Under the pieces are notes generated by a model. It was not told the origin of the DNA, did not search any database, and saw only the letters and a list, made by a program, of their open reading frames with translations. A DNA stretch of 26,302 bases from Candidatus Zixiibacteriota bacterium (GTDB lineage: Bacteria; Zixibacteria; MSB-5A5; UBA10806; 4484-95): contig JAOZPT010000036.1 of the NCBI GenBank assembly GCA_029932605.1, forward strand, positions 1 to 26,302. The letters are read 5' to 3'. Positions within the stretch are counted from its first letter, which is position 1, and each line of letters begins with the position of its first letter. Position numbers and translations under genes: made by a program. This document shows, in pieces, positions 18,180 through 26,302 of the stretch.

Positions 18180-19493
18180 ATGGCACTAACGCTAGTTCTT
18201 CAGTTAATCCTTATTATAATCCTGGTGGTGCTTTCAGGTTTCTTCAGCGCCTCCGAGATTGCGATAGTTGCCATACGCACAAGCCGTCTGAAAACGATGA
18301 TCGATTCTGGCAATAAAAAGGCGGTTTTTGTTGATAAACTTAAAAAGGACCCGGATAAATTTTTTGCGGTTGTCCAGATAGGTATGACGGTTACAGCCTC
18401 GGCCGCCTCCGCTATCGGTGGGGCGGCGGCGATAACCATAATAGGACCGCTCATTCGAACAATACCGATAAAAACGATACAAACAGCATCCGAGCCCATT
18501 TCCGTTACTCTTGTAATTATAGTCATCTCCTATCTTTTTCTCGTAGCTGCGGAATTAGTGCCTAAAGCAATGGCAGTCAGAAAAACTGAACAGATCGCTT
18601 TATGGGCTGGGCCTCTAACCTGGTATTTCGTAAAATTCATGAATATAATTATCATTATCCTGACCAAATCAACCAATCTGTGTTTAAGGCTTGTGGGATT
18701 TTCACCGGAGACTAAACCCGAGGTTTCGATTAGCGAAAAAGAGGTAAGATTTATAATAAAAGAGGGGATGGAACACGGGATTTTCGACAAAGAAGAACAG
18801 CAGTTGATTCATTCAGTGTTTGAATTTACTGATACCATTGTTAGAAGGGCAATGACCCCTCGCACTGATATCGTAGCTTTAGAAATTAATGATTCCCCCG
18901 ATGAGTTTCTTCGTGTTGCCACCGAGGAGCGGTTCAGCCGATTTCCTGTTTATGAGGAAAACCTTGATAACATCAAGGGTATAATACACTCTAGAGACCT
19001 TCTGTATGTTTATACTCATAAAAGCCTTTTTCTGTTATCCGATATTCTCAAGACGCCAGTCTTCGTACCCGATTCGAAAAAGATATCGGAGTTATTGAGG
19101 GATATGCAAAAGCGGAAGTATCATATGGCCATAGTCTTAGACGAGTTCGGGGGTACAGCTGGCATTATCACCATGGAGGATGTTGTAGAGGAGATAGTTG
19201 GGGATATCCAGGATGAATATGATCGCGAGGCTTCTAAGATAGTTTTTGTAGGTAGGGATCAAGCGCATGTGCAAGCATCCATGCCAATAGATGAATTCGC
19301 TAATGAGTTTGGCGTTGAAGTGATTAAGGGAGATTTCGACACTGTAGGTGGTATGGTAGTTACTAAACTTGGGAAAATACCAGCATTTAACGACGTAATA
19401 AGCTTTAAAGGCTTCAACCTGCGGGTTACTGAAAAGGATGGTCATAAGATAAAGACGTTTTTTGCTAAAAAAACTAACCCGAATAATTCATAA
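18180..19493 (+). CDS. CNNM/HlyC-CorC family transporter (DUF21 + 2 CBS + CorC_HlyC), probable Mg2+/Co2+ efflux
   Basis: LSGFFSASEIA, ELVPKA, AMTPRTDI, FSRFPVY, VLDEFGGTAGIITMEDVVEEIVGDIQDEYD and FDTVGG motifs. Confidence 0.93.
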   Translation: MALTLVLQLILIIILVVLSGFFSASEIAIVAIRTSRLKTMIDSGNKKAVFVDKLKKDPDKFFAVVQIGMTVTASAASAIGGAAAITIIGPLIRTIPIKTIQTASEPISVTLVIIVISYLFLVAAELVPKAMAVRKTEQIALWAGPLTWYFVKFMNIIIIILTKSTNLCLRLVGFSPETKPEVSISEKEVRFIIKEGMEHGIFDKEEQQLIHSVFEFTDTIVRRAMTPRTDIVALEINDSPDEFLRVATEERFSRFPVYEENLDNIKGIIHSRDLLYVYTHKSLFLLSDILKTPVFVPDSKKISELLRDMQKRKYHMAIVLDEFGGTAGIITMEDVVEEIVGDIQDEYDREASKIVFVGRDQAHVQASMPIDEFANEFGVEVIKGDFDTVGGMVVTKLGKIPAFNDVISFKGFNLRVTEKDGHKIKTFFAKKTNPNNS

Positions 19494-19823
19494 AAATATT
19501 TTAACATTTAAGCAAGAGATTGCTTACTCATTAAGCTGTAATATACGGTCGTTAAAGATGTAGAATCCATTAATAATACACATTGTTTTTGATTTGTCTA
19601 AGAAAAATCAACTATCGGCAATGTAGTACTCCGATTCCTGTTAGGAGTGATTCTTGGGCAAGATGTCCACATCGCCTCTTAAAATGAAAAAAGTTTATGA
19701 ATAACATAATCTGCCAAAGACAAATAAACTTAAATAAGGTATAGTCTACTTTGACGGGTTTCTGTAAGTCTACCCAGCTTACCGTTATAAGATTAAGACA
19801 CCGATTGCCCTTATTGCTACGAA

Positions 19824-20831
19824 TTAGAATTCGACACTTAAAGTAATCCGATGAACATTGCCTAGGTCGGCATACGAAGAATATGAGTAGTCGAAAATAT
19901 ATTTCTGATAAGTGTATCCAAACCCGCCAGATAGGCCGCCATAATTATCTCTATCAGAGCCGGTTTTATAATCTTTACTTGCTAATGTCCATCCCAGACG
20001 TATGAAAAACGGGTCAAACGATTCCCATTGACCACCAATGGCAAAATAAGGGTCATTATCTGATGGCAGGGTAACATCGCTTGTAAAAGTAAATGGTAAG
20101 CCTTTCAAGCGATGAGAAAAGCCCGCATCCACCACCAGCGGTAATGGATCTTTATGGGATTTGGTTAACCCTTTAAGTTGGAAACCCAGATTAGTAATTG
20201 CCAAACCCAGGCCAGTCCTACCATCAGTCAGGCGATATAATATGCCAAGGTCTAACGCCATGGCATCGGATGAATAATTGTCGATGTGTTCGAAGATAAC
20301 TTTGCTGGTAGCGCCAATAGATAAATTTCTGGAAAGTTTTTTGGAGTAAGAAATTCCGAAGGCCATGTCCCAGGCTCCAAAGGTGCCACGTTCTGTGCCA
20401 TCGACCTCGAAACGAGAAAATGTGCCATAATTTTGGTAATGAATAGATGCTCCAAGAGCTGTCTTTTCATTTAAAGACCTGACATAGCCAAGATAACCTG
20501 TCTGGAAATCTAAAAGATAATTTATATAAGTTGCGATGAATCTGTTATTGCCGATAGGCTTGGCTATAATAGTGGGTGTTTCCTCTTCCTCATAGAAAAA
20601 GTCATCGACATTTTTCATACTAAAAACTGGGGCTGCCAAGCCGGCTGGATTTACATATAAACTGCTTAAATCATCAGCTAAGCCAACATAAGCGCCACCC
20701 ATTGCCTGCGATTTTGCGCTAATACCTATTTTCAAAAAAGAATAAGCACTTTTACCGGCATTATCACCGCCTGCTATAACCTGTGAACATACTGCGATGA
20801 TTACAAATATGGTTACAAGCGTATTCTTCAT
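19824..20831 (-). CDS. PorV/PorQ-family (FadL-like) outer-membrane beta-barrel
   Basis: Start moved to ATG 20831 (GGAG SD, signal peptide MKNTLVTIFVIIAVCSQVIA). FLKIGISAKSQAMGGAYVGLADD...NPAGL motif; C-terminal HRITLSVEF beta-signal. Confidence 0.85.
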   Translation of the reverse strand: MKNTLVTIFVIIAVCSQVIAGGDNAGKSAYSFLKIGISAKSQAMGGAYVGLADDLSSLYVNPAGLAAPVFSMKNVDDFFYEEEETPTIIAKPIGNNRFIATYINYLLDFQTGYLGYVRSLNEKTALGASIHYQNYGTFSRFEVDGTERGTFGAWDMAFGISYSKKLSRNLSIGATSKVIFEHIDNYSSDAMALDLGILYRLTDGRTGLGLAITNLGFQLKGLTKSHKDPLPLVVDAGFSHRLKGLPFTFTSDVTLPSDNDPYFAIGGQWESFDPFFIRLGWTLASKDYKTGSDRDNYGGLSGGFGYTYQKYIFDYSYSSYADLGNVHRITLSVEF

Positions 20832-20960
20832 AACTGCTCCATCTTCATATAAGCGAAATCGTTCTCTTTTACTAAAAAACCCTTTTCTCATTAAATCGGT
20901 CATAAAAACTTTCTGTTAATCTCACACAATCTGATGTTGTTTGCAAATCCTTACCCTGTT

Positions 20961-21449
20961 TTACCAGCCTTTTACAGTTCTGTTCAGAATTTCATCCACC
21001 AATTTTTTTACAGCTTCACTTTTACCGTCAGTTTCAGTTTCCTCCAGTGACGAGTACAAGCCATAATCCGAGAGATTCTTTTCCTCCCAGATTATCTTAC
21101 CGGATTTAGAATTTTCAAGTTTAACTTCCAGACCGATACGAACGATGTACTCCTCGACCTGTTCATTGACATCGTAGGTATAACCCTCACGGGAATAAGA
21201 GGTTACTGTCCCTATGAAAATAGCATCGGCTTGATGTTCAGGAAGAATTTTAAGGGTATTGTCCTCCACAAAAGCCTGAGTAAGTTCCTGAGTAATTAAC
21301 TCTTCAAGACCGTATTCGGTAGTCTGGTTTTTAAATACGGGGATGGCTATTGTCTTGATACCGCCCAGTGCGGAAGGCGAGAATGTATATATCCCACAGG
21401 CACAAGATACAGATAAAAGAGCCGTTAAGACCAGTAGCATATTTTTCAT
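20961..21449 (-). CDS. lptE: LPS-assembly lipoprotein LptE family
   Basis: Lipoprotein signal ...SCACGIYTFS; IKTIAIPVFKNQT motif; ADAIFIGTV; C-terminal LVDEILNRTVKGW. Start overlaps the hutI stop (ATGA). Confidence 0.8.
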   Translation of the reverse strand: MKNMLLVLTALLSVSCACGIYTFSPSALGGIKTIAIPVFKNQTTEYGLEELITQELTQAFVEDNTLKILPEHQADAIFIGTVTSYSREGYTYDVNEQVEEYIVRIGLEVKLENSKSGKIIWEEKNLSDYGLYSSLEETETDGKSEAVKKLVDEILNRTVKGW

Positions 21450-22717
21450 GGTTTTATCTCATGGCCATTTTTAAAGACTGAGTAAACAAGGTTTTTGCCA
21501 AACCAGTATGTTATTTCGCGATAATCCTGAACATCCCAGATAACGATATCAGCCATTTTACCGGGTGATAAACATCCGATTTTATCGCCACGGTCTATGG
21601 CATAGGCTGCGTTTAATGTAGCTGCACACAGAGCCTCGGCAGGTGTCATTTTAAATTCGATACAGGCTAAGCTCATAGTTATCGGTAAAGAATGAATAGG
21701 GGAACTTCCAGGGTTAAAATCAGTGCCAAGAGCAACTGGGAGGCCATAATCAATCATCTTTCGCGCCGGTGCTTTCTGTTTGGCGCCCAGGATAAAGATG
21801 CTTCCCGGTAAAAGCACTGGAACAACACCGGCTTTTCTGATAAGATGTATCCCCTCGTCACCGACACAATCCAGATGGTCAGCGGAAACAGCCCTGAATT
21901 CCGCTGCCAGCTCGGCCCCACCGGTGGAATGAAACTGGTCAGCGTGAATTTTAAGTTTCAAGCCAAAAGCCTGAGCAGTTTGCAGAATAATCCGTGTCTG
22001 CTTGGGGGAAAAGACACCCTTTTCACAAAAGACATCGCAAAATTCAGCTAAGTTATCTGCAACCACTGCCGGTATCATCCTATTGCATACCAAAGCGACA
22101 TATTCATCAGGTTTATTTTTATACTCCTCGGGTATCTCGTGAGCTCCAAGAAAAGTGGTAACGATATCAATGTCATGTTCATGGTTAAGCTTATTTAACA
22201 CCTTGAGCATTTTTATCTCGTCTTTGAGGGTCAGTCCATAACCTGATTTCCCCTCGACCGTGGTGACTCCCCAGCTGAACATCTCATCAAGGACTTTTTT
22301 ACCGTTGTTAAAAAGCCTTTTGGGAGAAGCTTTCTGGGTGGCTTTAACAGTGGCTTTTATGCCACCACCAGCTTCGGCAATCTCGAGATAACTCTTACCT
22401 GATATACGCATTTCAAATTCGTGGGCACGACCTCCAGCAAATACGGGATGAGAATGGCAATCGATTAAGCCCGGAGTTATCACCCGGTTAGTGGCATCTA
22501 TCATCTTTGTTTTACGGGTGATAGAAATAGATTTCAGAAGCTTGTTGGTTTCCCCGACAGCCACAATTCGTGAACCGGAAAAAGCGATGGCACCCTTTTC
22601 GATTATTCCCAGCTCGGACATAGCCTTGCCCCCTCTGGGGCCAATATGACCAGGAGTGTGAAGCGTTACCAGTTGTTTGGCATTTCTGATAACGCAGGTG
22701 GCGGTTATTTTATTCAT
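21446..22717 (-). CDS. hutI: Imidazolonepropionase
   Basis: PGLIDCHSH, SYLEIAEAGGGI, EGKSGYGL, DVFCEKG, HADQ and GTDFNPGSSP motifs. ATG 22717 preferred because the TTG at 22756 coincides with a -35 box. Confidence 0.95.
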   Translation of the reverse strand: MNKITATCVIRNAKQLVTLHTPGHIGPRGGKAMSELGIIEKGAIAFSGSRIVAVGETNKLLKSISITRKTKMIDATNRVITPGLIDCHSHPVFAGGRAHEFEMRISGKSYLEIAEAGGGIKATVKATQKASPKRLFNNGKKVLDEMFSWGVTTVEGKSGYGLTLKDEIKMLKVLNKLNHEHDIDIVTTFLGAHEIPEEYKNKPDEYVALVCNRMIPAVVADNLAEFCDVFCEKGVFSPKQTRIILQTAQAFGLKLKIHADQFHSTGGAELAAEFRAVSADHLDCVGDEGIHLIRKAGVVPVLLPGSIFILGAKQKAPARKMIDYGLPVALGTDFNPGSSPIHSLPITMSLACIEFKMTPAEALCAATLNAAYAIDRGDKIGCLSPGKMADIVIWDVQDYREITYWFGKNLVYSVFKNGHEIKP

Positions 22718-22727
22718 GACAGGTTCA

Positions 22728-22756
22728 ATAGTAATAGGAAAACTTTTTAAATTCAA
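22728..22756 (-). promoter_or_regulatory. Putative sigma70 promoter of hutI-lptE with a very short leader
   Basis: TTGAAT-N17-TACTAT-N10-ATG; no SD. Confidence 0.5.
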
Positions 22757-22817
22757 GTTAAATGATTTATCTGCACTTACATCGAAACCTTAAAATGTTT
22801 CGAATGCTGCTGAGGAT

Positions 22818-24215
22818 TTATCTATCAACAACTACTGCCAAAAAAGTTCCTTCAGCTACGACATTGCCATCAACAAAGGCCTTACCGGCCATCTTGCAGG
22901 CGCTCGGTCGAAATTGCAACATCTCAACCTCAAAACAAAGCTGGTCTCCCGGAGTAACCGGCTTACGAAATCTAACGCCATCGATACCCATAAAATATAC
23001 AAGCTTTTTCTCCGGTTTCTCGATAGCGTTTAAAAGCATAAAACCACCAGCCTGGGCCATTGCCTCAACTATAAGTACCCCTGGCATTACCGGTTTTTCT
23101 GGAAAATGCCCCATAAAATGTGGCTCATTATAGGTGACGTTTTTAATCGCTACAACTTTCTTTTTAGGTTCGATATCGATTATCCGGTCAAGTAAAAGTA
23201 ACGGATAACGATGAGGTAAAGCTTTTAAAATAGCGTTTATGTCCAAAAGGTATTCATCTTTTTTCTTGCCGGGGCTATACTTACTTGTAAGGAGCTTTTT
23301 CTCATAGACAGAACGAATCATTTTTGCTAAGGCTACATTTGCAGCATGGCCAGAGCGTGCAGCAAGAACATGCACCTTAATCGGTACACCGATCAAGGAC
23401 AAATCACCGATTAGATCAACCGCTTTGTGCCGAACTGGTTCGTTGTAAAAACGTAAAGGAATATCGTTTAGTATCCCGGTCTTACCAACGAATATCTTAT
23501 CTTTATACCGTGATTTCCGCCGCAGTTCCTCCGCTTTTTCATCTGTTAATTCCGTATCGACTATAACAATAGCTGAATCCAATCCTCCTCCCTTGATAAG
23601 CCCGGCATTGTAGAGCTCTTCAACCTCGCTTAAAAAACAAAATGTCCTAGAGGCAGCAAATTCGTTGACAAATTCTTTATCGAGGTCAACCAAGGACGTA
23701 TACTGTGTACCAAGAGCAGGGTTTTTGTAGTCGATCAAGAACGTTATGCGAAGGTCATCTGAAGGAGTCACTACGATATCCACTCCACGGTCCTTTTCAG
23801 AATAAGATAAAGGTGTATCTATTTCTAAATAATTCTTGGGGGCATCCTGTTCGCTGATACCAGCCTTTAGAAGGGTCTGGACAAACGGCATTGCCGATCC
23901 ATCGCCAACTGGTGGCTCAGAATTTGATAATTCTATAATGAGGTTATCAATCTGAAGTCCAGCAACAGCAGCAAGCACATGCTCTACTGTATGCACCCTG
24001 ATGTTGTTTAGTCCCAATGTAGTGCCGCGAGTGATGTCAACTACATGGTCTAAATCAGCAGGTATCTGAGGACAGTTCTCCAGGTCTGTGCGGATAAGGG
24101 TTACACCGTGGTTGATTGGTGCTGGCACAAAGGTTATTGTGGTTTCAACACCGGTATGCAAACCTATACCTGATAGGCTGGAGCGGGATTTTATTGTTCG
24201 CTGATTTTTTACCAT
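22818..24215 (-). CDS. lpxC-fabZ: Bifunctional UDP-3-O-acyl-GlcNAc deacetylase / 3-hydroxyacyl-ACP dehydratase
   Basis: QRTI...GIGLHTG, TVEHVLAA, SRTFCF and HKAVDLIGD (LpxC); LPHRYPLLL and GHFPEKPVMPGVLIVEAMAQ (FabZ). Confidence 0.97.
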   Translation of the reverse strand: MVKNQRTIKSRSSLSGIGLHTGVETTITFVPAPINHGVTLIRTDLENCPQIPADLDHVVDITRGTTLGLNNIRVHTVEHVLAAVAGLQIDNLIIELSNSEPPVGDGSAMPFVQTLLKAGISEQDAPKNYLEIDTPLSYSEKDRGVDIVVTPSDDLRITFLIDYKNPALGTQYTSLVDLDKEFVNEFAASRTFCFLSEVEELYNAGLIKGGGLDSAIVIVDTELTDEKAEELRRKSRYKDKIFVGKTGILNDIPLRFYNEPVRHKAVDLIGDLSLIGVPIKVHVLAARSGHAANVALAKMIRSVYEKKLLTSKYSPGKKKDEYLLDINAILKALPHRYPLLLLDRIIDIEPKKKVVAIKNVTYNEPHFMGHFPEKPVMPGVLIVEAMAQAGGFMLLNAIEKPEKKLVYFMGIDGVRFRKPVTPGDQLCFEVEMLQFRPSACKMAGKAFVDGNVVAEGTFLAVVVDR

Positions 24216-24244
24216 AATATTCTCAATCTATAATATTTAAAAGC

Positions 24245-25783
24245 TCATGTTGACCAGTAATTTCTATCGAGATTACGATAGCCAATGGCTTCGGATATAT
24301 GATGTTGTTGTATTTCATCCGACCCTTCAAGGTCAGCTATGGTTCGACTCACTTTCAAAATCCTATCATATGCTCTTGCCGACAACCCAAGGCGAGTAAT
24401 AGCTGTTTTAAGTAATGATAACGATTGATCATCGATTTTACAAATCTCCCGTAACAGCTGGGTTTCCATCTGAGCATTGCAATATATACCGTCGTAACCT
24501 GAAAATCGCTTAGTTTGAATCTGTCGGGCTAGGTTGACCCTTTTACGAATTTCCGTTGATGGTTCACCGTCGCTGGTGCCTGTAAGTTCTTTGAATTTTA
24601 CCGTTGGCACCTCAATATGAATATCGATTCTATCTAAAAGCGGTCCTGAAATTTTAGAGATATACTTTTGTATCTGTCCACCGGTGCAGGAGCAGTTATG
24701 CATGGGGTCACCGAAGTATCCGCAAGGACAGGGGTTCAGAGCAGCAGCCAGGATAAATGAAGCGGGATATGAAACCGAACCAGCAGCGCGGGTTATATTG
24801 ACAAAACCGTTTTCAATAGGTTGGCGAAGAGCCTCAAGAGAGTTTTTGGTAAATTCAGGAAGCTCGTCTAAGAAAAGCACTCCATTATGAGAAAGGCTGA
24901 CCTCACCCGGTACAAGCTGATTTGTACCACCGGTTAAACCAACATCGGATATAGTGTGGTGAGGTGACCGAAAAGGGCGAGTTGCCACCAGCGCTTGATT
25001 GGGTAAAAGATGACCGCCCGCTGAATATATTTTGGTTGTCTCTAAAGCCTCAGCAAGCGTCATATCGGGTAAAATAGTGGGTAACCTTTTAGCAAGCATG
25101 GTCTTGCCCGAACCTGGTGGACCTATCATAATGATGTTATGCCCGCCGGCAGCCGCTACTTCTAAAGCCCGTTTAGCATGCTCCTGTCCCTTAACATCGC
25201 TGAAATCAACAGCATATTTCCTGCTTTTTGAGAAGATGTCTCCCATGTTTATATTTTGAGGAGTAATATCGCTTGCTCCCTCAAGAAACTCCACCGTCTG
25301 ATTTAAGTTGTCCATCGGGAAAATATCAAGGCTTTTGGCAATTGCGCCCTCATCAGCATTTTCCGCCGGAACGATCATACCTCTGAATTTTTTCTTGCCA
25401 GCTTCTATGGCTATCGAAAGCACTCCCGGTACCGGCCTAAGTTTACCATCTAAGGAAAGTTCACCAATAATAACATAATTATCGAGATTTGGGCAATCAA
25501 TCTGACCGGTAGCTGCTAATATACCAATCGCCATGGGCAGGTCGAAAGCCGAACCCGATTTTTTTACATCGGCCGGGGCAAGATTAACAGTTACCCGTTT
25601 AGCCGGAAAAAGATAACCTGAATTTTTTACGGCTGCAGTAACCCTTTCCCTGGCTTCCTTAACCGCTCCCTCAGGTAGCCCGACGGTGTGAAAAGCAGGT
25701 AGTTGCGGTGAAACATCAACCTCAACCTCAACCGTATATGCATCAATACCCAGAAGAGCTGAGGAAAATACCTTGGCTAACAT
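24245..25783 (-). CDS. yifB: YifB/ComM family Mg-chelatase-like AAA+ ATPase
   Basis: VNLAPAD, GELSLDG, Walker A GPPGSGKT, PFRSPHH, LFLDE, NPCPCG, ISGPLLDRID and LSARAYDRILKVSRTIADL motifs. Confidence 0.96.
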   Translation of the reverse strand: MLAKVFSSALLGIDAYTVEVEVDVSPQLPAFHTVGLPEGAVKEARERVTAAVKNSGYLFPAKRVTVNLAPADVKKSGSAFDLPMAIGILAATGQIDCPNLDNYVIIGELSLDGKLRPVPGVLSIAIEAGKKKFRGMIVPAENADEGAIAKSLDIFPMDNLNQTVEFLEGASDITPQNINMGDIFSKSRKYAVDFSDVKGQEHAKRALEVAAAGGHNIIMIGPPGSGKTMLAKRLPTILPDMTLAEALETTKIYSAGGHLLPNQALVATRPFRSPHHTISDVGLTGGTNQLVPGEVSLSHNGVLFLDELPEFTKNSLEALRQPIENGFVNITRAAGSVSYPASFILAAALNPCPCGYFGDPMHNCSCTGGQIQKYISKISGPLLDRIDIHIEVPTVKFKELTGTSDGEPSTEIRKRVNLARQIQTKRFSGYDGIYCNAQMETQLLREICKIDDQSLSLLKTAITRLGLSARAYDRILKVSRTIADLEGSDEIQQHHISEAIGYRNLDRNYWST

Positions 25784-25790
25784 TGGTTAA

Positions 25791-25819
25791 AATATAACCA
25801 TGCCCCTTGTCGCTGTCAA
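25791..25819 (-). promoter_or_regulatory. Sigma70 promoter giving a leaderless yifB transcript
   Basis: TTGACA (25819-25814)-N17-TATATT (25796-25791)-N7-ATG(25783); no SD. Confidence 0.65.
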
Positions 25820-25960
25820 TCTCAAAGCCAGGAAATAACTTCGAGAGGGAATAATTTCTTTTTTTCTTTATATTTATAACCATGGCAAATATGTTATGAA
25901 CAAACCTAACCTTTGGCTGGGATAACATCCAGTAGGATGAGAAGTTGTATAAAATAGACT

Positions 25961-25987
25961 CGTCATTTCCGCGCAGGCGGGAATCTA
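25961..25987 (+). repeat. CGTC-tagged REP-like palindrome (dRS3/RPE-like family)
   Basis: CGTCATTTCCGCGCAGGCGGGAATCTA: CGTC tag plus ATTTCCGC-GCAG-GCGGGAAT hairpin. The reverse strand reads DSRLRGND, characteristic of this repeat family. Confidence 0.85.
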
Positions 25988-26000
25988 TAACAAGGACACT

Positions 26001-26291
26001 ATGAAACAGTATTATGTCTACATGATGGCAAACAAGAAAAATGGTACCCTTTATATTGGTGTAACCAACAACTTGGCGAAAAGAATCTATGAGCATAAAA
26101 ATGATTTAATTGGGAGTTTTACGAGAAAATACCGGATTCATAAGCTTGTGTATTATGAAGTACACGATGATATATATCAAGCTATAACCAGAGAAAAACG
26201 AATAAAGAAATGGAAACGGCAATGGAAGATTAACTTGATAGAAAAGTTTAATCCTGATTGGCGAGATTTATATCATGATCTGATTGGATAG
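26001..26291 (+). CDS. Small stand-alone GIY-YIG nuclease family protein
   Basis: YYVYMM...GTLYIGVTNNLAKRIYEHK, FTRKY, AITREKRIKKWKRQWK and NPDWRDLY motifs; AAGGA SD. Confidence 0.93.
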   Translation: MKQYYVYMMANKKNGTLYIGVTNNLAKRIYEHKNDLIGSFTRKYRIHKLVYYEVHDDIYQAITREKRIKKWKRQWKINLIEKFNPDWRDLYHDLIG

Positions 26292-26293
26292 AA

Positions 26294-26302
26294 TGGATTC
26301 CT
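26294..26302 (-). repeat. Probable start of an inverted second REP copy (truncated by the window end)
   Basis: TGGATTCCT begins 3 nt after the GIY-YIG stop and resembles the reverse complement of the REP 3' end (GGGAATCTA; 7 of 9 match). Only 9 nt are visible. Confidence 0.5.

Noticed and set aside
19509..19526. TAAGCAA-GAGA-TTGCTTA hairpin after the CNNM gene
   Set aside because: A plausible 3' stem, but short, AT-rich and without a U-tract, so not called a terminator.
20832..20903. Longer N-terminus for the PorV-like protein given by the ORF track
   Set aside because: ATG 20831 has a GGAG SD and exposes a normal signal peptide; the extension would bury it.
22718..22756. TTG start for hutI at 22756
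   Set aside because: It coincides with a predicted -35 hexamer, and the extra residues do not resemble HutI.
1173..25259. The many 60-150 aa antisense or alternate-frame ORFs in the track (e.g. 2513-2971, 5081-5482, 9387-9827, 15986-16372, 22762-23133)
   Set aside because: They overlap well-supported conserved genes and show no recognisable motifs; they are shadow ORFs.
25743..26096. 117-aa minus-strand ORF containing DSRLRGND
   Set aside because: It overlaps the GIY-YIG gene, the yifB promoter and the yifB start; the motif is just the translated REP palindrome.
1..26302. tRNA, rRNA, CRISPR array, IS transposase or integrase
   Set aside because: None recognised by eye in the intergenic regions or ORFs; a covariance-model scan was not possible.

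Overview
A bacterial chromosomal window of mostly housekeeping genes. The LpxC-FabZ fusion, PorV-family barrel, LptE and secreted FG-GAP protein suggest an FCB-superphylum diderm (inference, not verified). In order it holds: a truncated secreted FG-GAP-repeat gene and a small secreted Cys-rich gene (minus strand); tdh-kbl; a GNAT acetyltransferase; an 11-subunit complex I operon (nuoABCDHIJKLMN, no nuoEFG) behind a Rex/CRP-like box; DUF502, a PTS-IIA/CBS fusion and a CaCA-type exchanger; a CNNM/HlyC transporter; convergent yifB(comM), lpxC-fabZ, hutI, lptE and porV-like genes; and a small GIY-YIG nuclease apparently flanked by inverted CGTC-type REP palindromes. The most unusual signals are the REP-flanked GIY-YIG cassette, a Tdh lacking all structural-Zn cysteines with an altered dinucleotide-binding motif, a periodic His-rich insert in NuoL, a poly-C tract inside a promoter spacer, recurring leaderless promoter geometry, and the EIIA-CBS/exchanger module. 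All calls come from reading motifs by eye; no searches were run.
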